Shown in pieces: positions 1 through 14,000 of a stretch of 64,000 nucleotides of DNA. Every line of letters starts with the position of its first letter. Position 1 is the first letter of the stretch. The DNA is from Marsupella aquatica (Eukaryota; Plantae; Marchantiophyta), in the NCBI GenBank assembly GCA_973895155.1, contig OZ316892.1, positions 2,855,223 to 2,919,222 on the forward strand, in the 5' to 3' direction. The position numbers and the translations under genes are program-made. The notes under the pieces were generated by a model. The model was not told the DNA's origin. It was given only the letters and a program-made list of their open reading frames with translations, and did no database searches.

Positions 1-19
1 CACTTCCATCATAGTGACC

Positions 20-280
20 ATGATTGTTTGGTCATTTTGGTTGAATTATTCATCATGGAATGTGGAGGGGTAAATTTTATTAGATTCATTTTCATTGCAT
101 TATATAAAATATTAGAGCTTGTGTTTTTTGTGTCTCCTCCTTCTCTAGTTGCCTTGTCAGTGAAAACCTAAAAATTATTATAAGACTCATAATCATCAAA
201 CTATAAGCCCAGACCTCCCATGGACCACCAAAATGTGATCCACAGGAGCATTGTGTCCAACGTGGTGGCTTCACTTTCCA
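20..280. repeat. Dispersed AT-rich repeat, inverted relative to the copy at ~42475-42720
   Basis: ggttgaattattcatcatggaatg and ataagactcataatcatcaaa(c)tataagccca are reverse complements of cattccatgatgaataattcaacc and tgggcttata(a)tttgatgattatgagtcttat near 42.5-42.7 kb. Boundaries approximate. Confidence 0.8.
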
Positions 281-2189
281 TGTGATACCAAAACTTATTT
301 GATTGCAAACCTCATATGGACTGAGTGGTTTGTCCCGCCCATATCCATGGACTATGTAAAGTCATCAATCAGTTTACATGAGAAAGAAAAATGAACAATT
401 ATTTTGGAAAGTCATTTCACTTTTGAGAAGGGCGCCTTGAGTAAGTTTTCTGTGCGCCTAGCCAGACGGTCAACTATTGGGTTTAGGTTCTGTGCATTTA
501 GTTGGATAACTTTTACTTTTGATCAACATTTTTTGTTTGTTTGAGATTTTTGTTCCATTTACAATGAATACAAAAGTGGTCAAATATTATAAACTATTTA
601 CCACCAGCTAAACTAATTGAAATCGGCTGCATTAGGAGCCCAGTTACAGGTCACCTTACAGTCAAAATTGTACAAGTTACTACACAAGTCTTTTTAATGT
701 TCTGCACGAGTCCACGTGAGTTTTGGAAATCCATCTGAGCTTCATGAGCTTCACAGGCAAACCCCTCAACCCATCCAGGTGCTTTATATTCATATTATTC
801 TCTTGTTTCTTTTTTTAATATAAAAAAGAATGTATACATTGAAAATCATTTGACATCAAGATGCTTAGAACATTTCTAAAATTCACAAATTATAAATATG
901 TTGAGTTTTAACAAGCACTATAAAATATTTTGTTGATCTAAAACGATGCTCCCATGGACTGTAGAGAAAAATTACACAATAGGAATGGTTCTTGTGACAT
1001 TATTGAGAGTAAAATCCAGTCATCTGAGTTTCAAAAATACATGGGAGCATTTTGACACACCTAGAAACCCGGGCTTCATTTTCTTGTCGATCAGGTTACT
1101 TATTTATTCTGCGAAATAGGATAGCACGACAGTATAGCTAAGATACCAAACAGCTGAAATATTGCTAGCAAGGGACAACGTCATCTAATCTGCCCCAACC
1201 AAAGTCTTCATTGGGACTTAATTCGTAGTAGGCCTTACTATAGGAGTCGGTTTGGATAGTTAAGATAGAATAAAATCATGTCAAAAAGTGAGTAGATTTG
1301 GAGTTATCCACAACACGTTGCACACTGATCCATAAGTTTCACTGGTGTGGTCGTAATTCTTAAGGTTTATCCTTTTTCGCTAGGGTGGCTAATGTCACCT
1401 TGTGTGGAGAAGAAGATGATAGGGATAGTCTTTATCTAATTTTCCTAGAATGGTCAGATCTCCCTAGATTTAAGGATAATATTTCGATTCTGGCTAACTG
1501 CATATGTGGCTAGGTAAACTGTCTAGTGTAAGACAAAAAACCTAACAAGTTTTGGCCAAAAGTGGCAAAGATTTGTCAAAGAAGTGGAATCTAGCTAAAT
1601 TTTGCCACTAAGCAACATTCCTTTGTTGCTAAAAGCCTTGCTATGTGCCTGGGCCATATGAGCTTGGAAATGCTGGGGCGATCCCAAGCTGTGCTGGATT
1701 GCAGGGACTGGCCCCTTACACTTCAACACTCCTTATCTTATGCTCAGTTGGGTGAGGATGGAGTATAAGTCTCTAAAGGTTGTCCTTGGTCACTCACAGT
1801 ACCCACGTACATTGCAAGTGGCAAAAATCGCTCGCCCACATTGGTCAATAAACCCTCCAAATATCAGAGAACTTTACAGAGTCTAGTTTGGAAGATTTCA
1901 GGATTTATTGTCTTTAATATAGGGGCACTCTAATTCCATCATGACAATTACATGGATATATGGTTCACTAAAGTTTACTTGTCTCCATGCTCAAGTGGCA
2001 TGAGTGAGAGATGTTGAAAGGAGTGCAAGACCTTTGACAATGGACAAAAAGTGCCTACAAGTTGTGTGAGTGAGAGAGATACTTCTGGTTGAGCATGGCC
2101 TAATAAGACTATAGCACGAAAGTTGTGAAAACGCAAGTTGGCTTTATATCATGCTTTTGCCGTGACTAATTTTGTTGGAAAAATGCTGC

Positions 2190-2786
2190 TCACAGGATGA
2201 CGTGTGTGCACAACGAAGGAGGCCAAATATGTTGCACGAGCTTCATCCGACAGCTTCCTCCCCCTTGCTCTGGAGCTATTTGGGTGTCTTCATCCTCTGT
2301 CAGTTTGATGGGCTTCTTCGGCAAGCTGCCCGGGATGTTCATGGCCGAATGGGTCCCAACGGACCCCCGCTTTCTATTTTGACCACGCACTTTTGCCAAC
2401 GCATTTCAGTCACCTTACAGCGTGCTCAAGCTCGGGCCATCTATCGTCGATCTCTTACAGTGGGTGCTAGTGTGCTTCCGCAGCGGCTAGCTCCCCTAGA
2501 GGATGTTCCAATCCCACTTGCCGATCTAGTTTTGACCCTTGATGTGGACCATTAGCTTTTTGTCACATTCGCTAGGAATGATGAGGACCTCGGTCCGCTT
2601 GGGTTAGTTTTAGTCTCTCTTTCTTGGTTTTTAGGGGTTCCCTATTGCTCATTTTTTACTTTTAGTTCCTTTTTCTTGGTGTTTAGTGGTTCCCTTTTGC
2701 TCATTTCTTTTTCGATTGGTTTTGTCTATTTGGGCCCTCTTTTGTTTGTTCATTTGTACTCTGTTTGGTCCCTTTGTATATAAAAA
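2190..2786 (+). mobile_element. 5'-truncated CRE-like non-LTR retrotransposon 3' end (restriction-like endonuclease C-terminus and 3' tail)
   Basis: Frameshifted reading KEAKYVARASSDSFLPLALELFGCLHP / QFDGLLRQAAR...HFCQRISVTLQRAQARAI matches the K..KY...F.P.A.E.FG...R.S..LQR pattern of REL-endonuclease LINEs. It is followed by a T-rich UTR ending tgtatataaaaaa. Confidence 0.7.
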
Positions 2787-4373
2787 ATGTGTATATTCCA
2801 ATTCTTTCTGCACACAAGATATGGATGTTTCAATACGCAAACCTGAGATGGCTTGTCCTAAGTAGCCCTGAATAGCCGCATTTCTGACAATAGCATTTGT
2901 ACTTACAATGAGGAAAACGCCACCTAATAATCAAGGCCATGCAATCCACCCCAAAGCCCGAGTAGGGGAAAAAACCCGCCAGTTTTTATTAAAATGGGAA
3001 AGTATGCGGTGATAGAAGAATCTAACCAAACAGGGGGGCCCACATTTCTCCTCTTTTCATTTTGGTAACAGCCCACTTGAAGGTTTACTTGAATGCTCTG
3101 CTAGCTTGTACCAACTTCGTGGACCGAAAGAGAGGTACAATGTTGAAATAACGGAGTGGAAATTGATGAACAAAAGCATATTTGATTTCAGAAAAAGAAA
3201 CGAATAAGCAATGCAAGAAGGACGAAATGAAATGATAGAAGAAGGGGAAATCATCACTTGGTTACTCCTTGACTTATTGGGTCTCTTTGGTCGTCTTGGG
3301 GTCTTTTGCTTCCCCATTTTATTGGGTTTTTTTGCCATTGGGACCATGTCTCCAGGTTTGGTGTTTGGTGTTCCTGTTTGTTTGGCAGTGTGATATATAC
3401 TTGGAAGGAGAAGAGAAAAATATGTCTTCCAGAACCATGTGCATAATATTTGTTTTTGCTACCAACGTCCCTCAAAAGAAAGGGCATGGGCCTTGTAGTC
3501 AAGTTCCTAATATTCATGTAATTTTTAATTATTATTATTATTTGGTTTCTTTTTTTTTCTCTGCCTCCTTCCTTCAGGCAGTTTTTATTTGGGTTTCCCC
3601 GGTTTTTCTTGTTTTGTGCCCTCAGGCCCATTGTGGAATAAAGTTTCTGGGCTCTGCCCCCTTCCCCCCAAAAAATATTCATGTAATATTCATGAGATAT
3701 TCACAGGTTACTCTATTTGGAAACGGGCTTTTTAGTTGAAAGGCCACATTTTTCGGTTCTCTAATGATTCTCATTTAAGGATTCAGTATATGGACTACCT
3801 CACAAACTGTAGATCTCAATCGCCAAGTATAGTATATATTCGACCTATGCTTGTTGCAGCTTCACTTGCTTGCCTAATCCTTGCCTAATCCTTGCCTCGT
3901 GGTCATGAGATGTGTGTTCTCATTGATGGGCGACACATTTACTGCTTTGAATACAAAGCTCTCTTTTCAAATACATTACCAAGGTTGTCGTATTCAAATT
4001 GAAATCACTTGTTTCTCTAGACTTGCATTTTTTTGGCATTTTTGAATTGAAACAGGCCTTCTTTTCCAGTAGAAGATGGTTAGCTAGTCTGTAGGGGGAT
4101 CATTTCTACACATGACTAAGAGGTAGAAAATAAAATGACCTTCTTAGGGTATCTTTTCAAGTCCTTACATAGTTAGATGTCCTCTGGAAAGGAGCATTTA
4201 CAAGCTCCCATCTCTCTCAAGTATGACCTAGACGAGGTGGTCTGAGGCCATTTAAAAATCAAGCCATGCAATAATTCTTTAGTCCAAGATACACTTTTCA
4301 TACTGAGAATTAGAACTAGAATTACTTGGAGTCCATGTGTGAAGCAAAACACTTCTTCTCCCTATCTGTGCCT

Positions 4374-7300
4374 TCAACGGGGCTTTTGTTGGCTTCGATG
4401 GCTTGCATCACCACGTTGCCAACGACGAAGCTCCATTTCAATATCATGTGCATTGGTCTCATGCACAAACCATATTTCTTGGATGCGCTCCCGATTTCGC
4501 TTGATGGACTCAAACTTGGCATCCTCTGTAAGTTTCTTTCTCACGCTTTCCTCATTCTTCATTTTCTCATCCTCCTGCAATCCATACGGAAATGCATGAA
4601 CAGAATCAGAAACTGGTTTGAGCTTTACAGTGCTCTCACCAAAGTTGAATAATCAACTCCACAAGAGCCACATGGCACCCCTTCTATTGAAGCTATTTGG
4701 AAGAAAAAAGGCAACACCGTTCCTAATGGCCCAATAATCAAGATGAGATTGATATGGTATGTTATTTCCTTTTATTTCACTTCAATACGTTACTTTGGTG
4801 TTGGACATAATTATAGGCCAGAACAGTAACACACACACACCCACTCATGCATGATTTGAAATGGCATTGGGGACTTGGTGGCAATTGCAAGTTTTAGTCG
4901 AGGGATTTGCTTGGTGGGACCCCAAATGAAAATGTTTTACTTGATAGGACCCCTGAGTGATCCACACCGTTGATTTACCTTGAATAGACGGACCTAAACT
5001 TTCAAGGGTCCAATTAAGTAAAACATTTTCATTTGGGGTCCCACCAAGCAAATCTCTCAGTTTTAGTCACTTGGCTATACAATTTACCTGCAATAAGTTA
5101 CATTTTCAAAAATACCTGCTCAAATAACTGTGAGCAGGTTCACAAGCCCTCAGCACCCCTGATTGGAATCAACTATTCTTTGGCGTCATATGATTATGCT
5201 GTTGAACTAGCCCCAAACAGATGTGTTATGCACCCTAAAGCCTAAACTGAATTCATTATTTATTATATAGATGGTGACTTACAAATCCTTCTTAGAAAGC
5301 ACTTCAAAATTGAAAACCTTCAATGGTGGGATCAATCCTTGTTTTAGTGAGGTGGTAAGCTCCTTGCTTTGCTTGAAGATTTCTTAATATTTCAGTTCAA
5401 ACTTGGGAAGTAAGGAAGGAGTTGGTGTTGAGTCTTGGTTAGATCTTAATTTTCTCCATGTGGACGTAAATGGGTCCTTTCATCTAAGCACTTGAGCTAG
5501 GTCGTAACCTTATATAACCTTGTATATGCTGGACACGTGATACTGCAGAATCATAGCCTCACCTCTTTATTTTAGAGCCACTCAAAGGGTTTGGGAGCAG
5601 AATTATATGAGACTTGAGCTAGGTCTTATCCCATGGCACCCCTCCAAAACCCCCGCCAAAACTCCCAACAAAACTCCCTACTGTAGCACCCATCCAAAAC
5701 AAAATATAAACCAGAGGTTTTCTCTGCCTTCAAGCCAGTTGCATAGTGTGCTCAAAGGCAACTTCCCCTTATGAATTGTTTTTAAACCAAGCAAACAAAC
5801 AACACAAAAGCCAGCCAATGTCCTGCTCATTGCAGGCCTCCTGAAAGCCATCTTATATTTTTGGGACTTCAGAAAATCTTAAAGTACCTGAAATACATGC
5901 ATAGGAAAGGAGAAGACTTTGAGCGAGCTAAAGGAAAAAGCCACCTCTCCTCAGACCAAGGGAAAATGCTAAAACCTGAAAAGTGAGAGCCTTTGGAAAC
6001 AACGAGCAGAGAACGAAAGAACGAGACCAATTTATTATAAGGGGCAAAACAAAGTACAATAGAGTAAAAGCAAAAGATGTCCAGAGAGGGCAAATGCAAA
6101 CTCCAAACTAAGCAAGGGAGAGGGAGTCTAAGCGAAGCATTTTGTTTGGTGTACTCCTGGAGACGAAGTCGGTCAGTTATCCTTTCTTAAACCACTTTGA
6201 GCATTTTTTTTCTTTGTATATGCTGGACACGTTACACTGCAGAATCATAGCCTCACCTCTTTATTTTAGAGCCACTCAAAGGGTTTGGGAGCAGAATTAA
6301 TCAGCTAAAGTCGGCTGCAAGATTAATTTGGAATATGGATGAAGAATGTGACAAAAACCCTCACCAAGTGAATATTGTAGATGAATGAAAGAGGCCCACT
6401 TAAGATCCTTCTTTTGGTCGTTCTTGTTTCTTGTGAAAACATACTGGTATCTGAGGAGCATTGTAATGAGAGGAAAACTACAGAAGCAGACTATATTAAA
6501 ACCAAATGAAGCAAAAAGAATCAAGAGAAGCAAACAAAGATTCAGGTATGGAGCCCCCCCCCAAAAAAAAAAAAAAAACCAAGAATAAAAATTAAATTAA
6601 AAAAATGAAACAAAAACGAAGGTCGAGTTATTTGAAAGATTTCCTTCATGTCAATGCGCTTCATGGAGGGAAAGAGAAGCCTAAGTCAATTCCTACTCTC
6701 TCCCTACCTGATGGAAGTGCTTGCTTACTGTACTGGTAACTTGGGTTTTGATTGCTAAAAGTTGGGGTACTTGGGTTGGTTACTGGGTACGTGGTATTTA
6801 GCAATCACCTTGGGTTTTGATTGCTAAAAGACCTAATTTCTCTAGTAACAGAAAATGTTGATATTCAGATTATTCTTGTGAGTGGTGGGGGGTACAGGGA
6901 GCTTAGCTCTTTCCTGTACACAACGTTGGTTCTTGGGCTGTTCAGAATGCTGTAGTATACTAAAATGGGCCAAAGTAAAAGAGGTGCAGAGAGGACAAAC
7001 ACTGAACTCAAAGACACCAAACTCAATTAACAAGTCAGTAAATACAGAGAACGAATAAAAGGAAGACGTGAGAAACGCACGCATGAAGTTAGGACAGAAG
7101 TAGCTCAAAAGCGATGCATTGGATACCACGAAGTTAAGTGCACTCCTTTGAATGCCACAACAAGACACATCATCGTATAATGGTTTTGGTCGGCAATGCA
7201 TGCTCTAAAGCAGGTTGGTCAGCTGACCAAGGTGCAGCAGGCCTTTGCTTTCATTCTATTCGAGAGGGGTGACCAAGAAGATGCAGCAGGCCTTTGCTTT

Positions 7301-8016
7301 TATTCTATTCGAGAAGGTGACCAAGATGTAGCAGACCTTTGCTTTCATTCTATTCGAGAAGGGGACCAAGATGCTGCAGGCCTTTGCTTTTATTCTATTC
7401 GAGAAGGTGAACAAGATGCAGCAGGCCCTTGCTTCCATTGTATCCTAGAAGTGTGGTCTCTCTCCAGTGTGGTCGGCCTGGCTGCCTGCTACAGTTTTGG
7501 GCTTGCGGCACAAAGCTGCCAAATTGAGCTTCTCGCTCAGTCACTCACTGAGAGAATCAAATGTATGACAGATTCTGGAACAGAGCTGCTCGCACTCACT
7601 CGGACAGGATCTTAGCTGGAAGGAGCTCGGATACTAAAACCACTTTGACATGATGAGGCAAAAAGAAAAATGCTTACACTCACTGGGACAGGATCTTAGC
7701 TGCAAAGGAGCTCCGATACTAAAACCACTTTGACAATATCAGGCAAAGGGAAAAAAGCAGCCGGCAAGTTCTGTAAGCCAGAACACCTGAAAGAAGAATC
7801 ATGTGAGAAAGTAGATACGCTCGTCAGCAGACTCCCCGGTCAAATGAGAGAAGCTACCCAGATGCCATTCCAGTCCCTATTCCCTAAGCAACGCAACTGT
7901 GGACCTATTTTGAATTGACATCAGAAAAAGTGCATACAAGTACCACGCAGAGAAGACCTAATATAATTGGATGCAAATTGCTCTAGCAGGGTGTTCAGAA
8001 AAAAAACAAGTAGAAC

Positions 8017-8064
<48 letters not shown>

Positions 8065-11000
8065 AAATAATTCTATCGACTAAACCTCAAACTGACAATT
8101 GGTTTAAGAGACTAAGGTCAACTGAAGCCTCTCTGTCACTGCAATTTCAGGTATTTGAGTTCAACAATTTTCGAGATGTTTGAAATCTGAATCTCATTTG
8201 TTGCGTTGCACATTGTTACCTTTTGCAAGAGTAGTGAAACCATTTCTGTCGTCATTGTGCTGTAGACTAGTTTCAGAGACACCCAGCAAGATTTCGGCGC
8301 CTACTTGCATCTAAACGAGCTCTTCTTTTTTCGAACTCTTAGCACATTTTCAACCCGTACGAGCTGTATGGCGAGGTGCTCTTTTACCAATGCAGCTACC
8401 GTATCTGTATCCCAGCATCAACCAATGGCCTTTCCGTCCAGCTTTCAGTGCAGGGCACCCGAAGAGAAGAGCCAGAGAGAGAAAGAATGCACGGAACAAT
8501 ATCCGGGGTGCAATTGGTTTAGGGACTAGCATCGGACACAGACCATGAAGCGTTTACAGCAAAGAGATTGATCCGTGGCCAACGTGCTCCGGCAGAGTCA
8601 GTCTAGTCGGGTCACTTTTCTACCCACAAACTCACAAAGACAGTGGTGAGAGAGTTGAATTGAGTCAGTCTGACGGATTAACAAGCCTCCGAGTTGTAAG
8701 AGTACCATAGCAGATTAGTAGTGCATTTATAACTGAGTTTCCCATCAGCTGAAAGAACAATAATGATGAAGACTCGATCAATCACTCTCGACGCCTCTCT
8801 CGTCCACTTCTCTCGGGGAATGTGAGTCAGTATCCTGTAAATCAGTAAATGAATGTGGAGTGTGGCTGTCGGTGCAATGTGCTGCATGCACACATGCACG
8901 ATTCCTGAAAGCAACGACGACTTGTCAGAACGATGCACTGCAGGGACAGGGGCTCAGCGCAAACGAGCTCGAAGCTCATTAATGTCTGCTTGAATCTTTC
9001 AGAGATCCACTCGTCTAGAGAAGATTACAACGTCTGCTCTGCTCCAGAGGTAGATCCACTCGTCCAGAAAAGATTTTCTAGAGAAGATTGCTACGGATGT
9101 CTCCAGAAACATTGGAGATCCACTCGGCTAGAAGCCTAGAAAAGATTACCCTTCGATGGAGAATATTATTTAATCCCAAGATTTGACAAGGTGCTCTGAA
9201 AGACTACCAAAACTTGAGTAGTGTTGGAAATCCGTACTTGTTATTGAAAGAGCACCTTGCTGGACCTGTTGGTCTTTTTGGGGCCTTTTCCCTTTCCTTT
9301 TCGCTCCTTTATTACGATGTCATTGGGATCTTGTCTCCCAGTTCCACGTTTTTGCTCTTTGGCACTCTGATAGAAGAGCACCTTCCTTGGTATGGATATT
9401 CACGTTTTTGCATTAAACAATGTTAAGCCTATGGGAATTCTTAGAATGCATTCATTGATGCACTTTTGAGTTGGTGAAAAAGAGTGTATGTGTGTGTGTG
9501 TTTGTTTTGTTGGGGAAGGAGGAGTGCAAAACATGGTGGTCCATCCTAGCATCAACTTCATTGTTAGCAGTTGTGATAGGGTGAATGAAAAAGGAGGGGG
9601 GCCTGGTGTTGGCAGCAGAGGTTACTTGGAGAAAGCTAGAAATGGAACACAACTCTTAGCTTCCTCAAAAAATAGAGCCATACGTTAAAGAAGGAGGTGA
9701 AATGAAGGACAATCACTGTTGGTAAGCCCCAAAAATGAGTTAGGGAGGCAACTTTGACCAATTATGCTACGATGAGGGCCAACCCATAGAGAGTCAGGCC
9801 AGGGCATTTATGGGGCAGCGGGAAACACATATGTGCAAGGAGTGCACATTTATTTCATCAATGGTCAGGGAAAACAGCTAATTGAATCCAACGGCTGCGA
9901 ATTTTTTACGCCAATGCGTTTTTTTGGTATTGGGACGAAGGACAAAAAGAGGCATGATCTCTTATTATAATTGTAGATAGTGCTGGTGACACTCTGAAAG
10001 GCTTTTTTGTGCAGTTAACATTTATAGATGCTGGCAGATTCTGTGCATGGAGTCAATCTATATTCTCTCATGTGCGTTTGGGGTAATAGCGTTACCCTTG
10101 TAAGGTAAGGCAATTACAAAAGAATAAACAAAATTCACATGAAAAGTATCGAGATTTTTTTTTTTTGGGCATCTGTGCTAGCCTCCCTCAATGCGTCACT
10201 GCCAGTATCCATGCAAAACAAAAACTATTTGCAACATGCAGCACAAAAAGGAGGTGATTTTTTGCATTATGATAGGTGTCACCCAGAACTATGGTAGTCA
10301 AATGATTTTTTTTTGTCTTTAAAAGCGCAGGCTGTAGTCAATGAGCTTTGCAAAGTGGCCAGTGGGGGCATGTTAGTTAGTCAGACTACCTTGAAAGCCA
10401 GGCTAGAAGGAGTAAGCCTTTATTTTTGCTGCACATGAAACTGAGCAATTAGGAGCTTGGCAAAGTGCTGTACATTAATACCACTGAAGGCAAATTGGCA
10501 GGTCCCTTGATTGGCATGACCTAGTGCACAAAGACCCTATACTGCTGGCTCCTGTAGCGAGGAGTTGGGCCAACAAAGTGGTCAATATGCCGCTTTAGAC
10601 AGGACTCTTCACTTCTCCACAAAAGAATTGATGTCGAAGCTCATAAAATGGGCCCACTAGGCTGACACTCCTTGACAATGTAGATTACAGTGACACCTTA
10701 GGTTACCGGTTTGATCAACCTCTCCTTAGAAGGATCCTATTTTACTTGCTGTGAAAAAAAAAAAAAAAAACTTCCTACAGAAAAAGGATAATAGGGTTCA
10801 TCTCCATTACTTGCCAAACCTGGAGCACCCACCTTCTTACCATTGGCCAAAAAACTGTTTAGAATTCATGTCAAGTGTTTTCTAGGTACATTGATTCATG
10901 AGTGTACCCGGATAAATTACTTCGCCAGAATTAACATGAGTAACGCTAATTGAGGTGAACAGTGTAGTTTCCACATTTCACTTCCAGAATGTCTATGCGA

Positions 11001-14000
11001 GCCCTCGAGAACGTTTGGGTGGAAGTAGACATATGAGTCAAATTCTCCAGACCGTTTAGTATCCTTATGATCTTAGATGCTCCTTGAAATTATCAAAAAG
11101 TCGGAACTACTCTAGGACGAGTCACTTTACAATGGAGAGCATGCACAGCATCTTTGGTTGTAGAGTTGGTGGGGCTTGAATATCATCTGGGATTGTCTTA
11201 TATCTTTTTAACAAAGCTGGATTGTCTTGTATCTCTTTAGCCAAGCTGGATTGTCAAACAACTAATAAATAAACAATGAGATATAAAGAAGATATCTCAG
11301 TTGGCTCCCCCTAGTTACTGTCGACACTACAAGACAAGCTTGACATATCCATGGCCTGGTCTCGTCCCATTGCTGCCGGCAATTGGAATGACTGGGTGGG
11401 AACTAAAATTCTCCTTACGGGCCCTAACACCGGAGCATGGAAGTGCTCCCCATACCGAGACTCCTCATGCAGATCTAAATATCGAAATATCGAAATATCT
11501 AAATATTCTAGTTACCAGAGAAATTTCAGTCTAAGCCTACAAATATGGAGTAGGTCAGGAACTATAGACTTTAATCACAAATTATATTATAAACTAATTT
11601 CATGAACAATAGGCTTTAATCACCAGTTGTATTATATTATAAACTAATCTCATGAACAATAGGCTTTAATCACCACTTGTATTATAAACTAGTCTGGATG
11701 TAGTACCTATATGCACTATAGACATTCCCTTATCCTCATCCTGAGTCTTGCATAAGTAGATGGCTTCTTCTTCGTACAACACTGAATTTTCTATCTCAAA
11801 ATCTACTTTGATTGCGCAAGGAAGATGAGGTTCTTATCACCTGGAGGCTGCTTAGCTTAGGGTGACCTCCAGGGGCCACTGAAGTGACTCTTGATGAGGG
11901 CATTGTTGTGATGTACAGGGATTATTCTAAGAAAAAATCATGACGTTGTCTATTGCACATGTGGCCACACCCTACATGCAAATGATGGTCTTCGTAGAAA
12001 ATAGGAAGAGGCCTGTCGAGGCTATTGAGTGTCCTATCCTATAGCCATAGAGGTGACCCTGTGGGCATTATCCACAGAGAATGTACTTCGAAGTATGCTT
12101 ACAAGAAACAGGGGTAGTACCAGATAAGTCCTCAAATGTAGGTGTCTCTTCGACAGGAAAAAAGGGGCAGTCCAGGTTCAATTCCAGAGAACGTACCTGG
12201 GGGTATTTCGTGGAAAAAGTTTAGAGATGAGAATAATTTCTAGAGATTCAGTGGACTCTCACAGATTGGACCTGGAAATGCTGATTGACCAGTGAGAACT
12301 GAAGACGAAAGTTGTGCGGATTTTTGTATTGTCTCGAACAGTAAACTTTACAAAGATTGTGAAGATTTGGGAATGTAGTCCAGACGAAGGTCAGTTTACA
12401 AAGATTGCATCAGAGTGCGTCCAGTCCAGTCCAGTCCATTCCAGTCCAGTCAGTAGAAGCGGGCTAGAAAATAGCTACAAAGTGGTGTCCATACTACACT
12501 ACAAGCTAAGGTGGCAATCCTGCGAAAAGAGCATCGATGAGATGCAGAGAATGGGGATTTGACCTGAGCTGAGGGGGACGTAGATTGTGAAATTTTGTGA
12601 CAAAACAGACAAAGGCAGACTCGTCACCAAATGTTCTGAGATTGCATCAGAGCGCACGCATGCTTCCATGCGCAAATAGTCCAACACAGTCCAGTCTAGT
12701 TTGTTCTAGTTAGTAGAGAGTGGGCTAGAATTCTAGCAAGTAAAGTAGATAGAGAGACAACTATGCATGTCAAAGTGTCACACCCAGGCTCATCAGATAG
12801 CCCCAAAAGTCTCGACTGGGCCCCCAAAACAAAACAGAGTCTAATTGAGTTGTGGCAGACTTCTATGATCATCACCACCGTCCTTAATGAGAGAACACTC
12901 CATTACGACGAGAGAGATCTAGTGTCACACCCAGGCTCATCAGACAGCCCCAAAAGTCTTGACTGGGCCCCCAAAACAAAACAGAGTCTAATTGAGTTGT
13001 GGCAGACTTCTATGATCATCACCACCATCCCTAATGAGAGAACACTCCATTAGGACGAGAGAGATCTAGCTAAATAGAGACTGTGCGTCCTCAGGATTTC
13101 TCTCCAGCAGTCTCAGGTGCAATCTGGGTGTCATGTCTATATTTTAACTGATTGCTAGATGACCGTTCACATGCAGGGTGGTACCTTAGCAGGCCACAGT
13201 ACTGACTGACTTGTGCGCCTTGAGCCAGAATCCTGACTGACTTGTGCCGCTTGAGCCAGAATTCTGACTGAACAGTAGAGTAACACGGAGCTTCGGCGGT
13301 CATTGGCAGGACATTGGTCCTTGGGACCTGAAGTAAAGCAAATCAAGCAAGAAGCAAGAAGCAAGAAGGAAAGTGATAGAGAGATGTACCGTAAAGCGAT
13401 TGTGCAAAGTGTCCTGCCATTGAAGACAAACTGTGAGCTACTGAGCTTCTCGATATTTGGTGGGCGGCGCTTTGTTTCACTCACCGCCGTCTGACGTGAG
13501 AGAAAGTACAAATGAAATAAGGAAATCAAAGGAAAGGAAAGAACGAACCGAGACGAAACGAAACGAAAGAGGAGGAGAAGCAGCTTGTACTGTATATCAT
13601 CTTTCTGGGTAATGGATTCCCAGTGTATACCTTTCTGGGATGCAATGGATTCCCAGCAGGAATGCATGGTTTGCTTGAAGCCTGGAATGCTTTGCACATG
13701 GAAAGACTGCCTCTACCAGGTCCTGTTTCCTCGCCAGTGTTTCCATGTGCAAAGCATTCCATGGAAAGACTGGCCATGTCCTGAACCACGGTATGTACGA
13801 TGATCACACTACAGTAATCAACAGACAAGCTTGGTGTTTGGTGAAGAAGTGGTAGAGGCAGGACTGTGGCTCGTGCTCCAACTCAAACAAGTCTTGTTCT
13901 TTGCAAAGTGAGGCAAGAGAAAAATATACATCCCATTGCCAAAGAACAAAATCACCAAACATGGAGATAGGAAACCCAAAACACATCCACCTTTGCAAAT

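Noticed and set aside
1100-2150. Possible decayed retroelement coding sequence
   Set aside because: No motif could be recovered with confidence.
7196-7615. 139-aa ORF with [15 protein letters not shown] repeats; CRISPR-like periodicity
   Set aside because: It is a 45-bp minisatellite with no unique spacers inside a DRC3 intron; the ORF follows from a unit length divisible by 3.
9860-9980. Possible Helitron 5' end on the minus strand (TCTACAATTATAATAAG)
   Set aside because: No matching hairpin + CTRR 3' end located.
12763-13053. 96-aa ORF with an internal duplication
   Set aside because: Artefact of the 147-bp tandem duplication.
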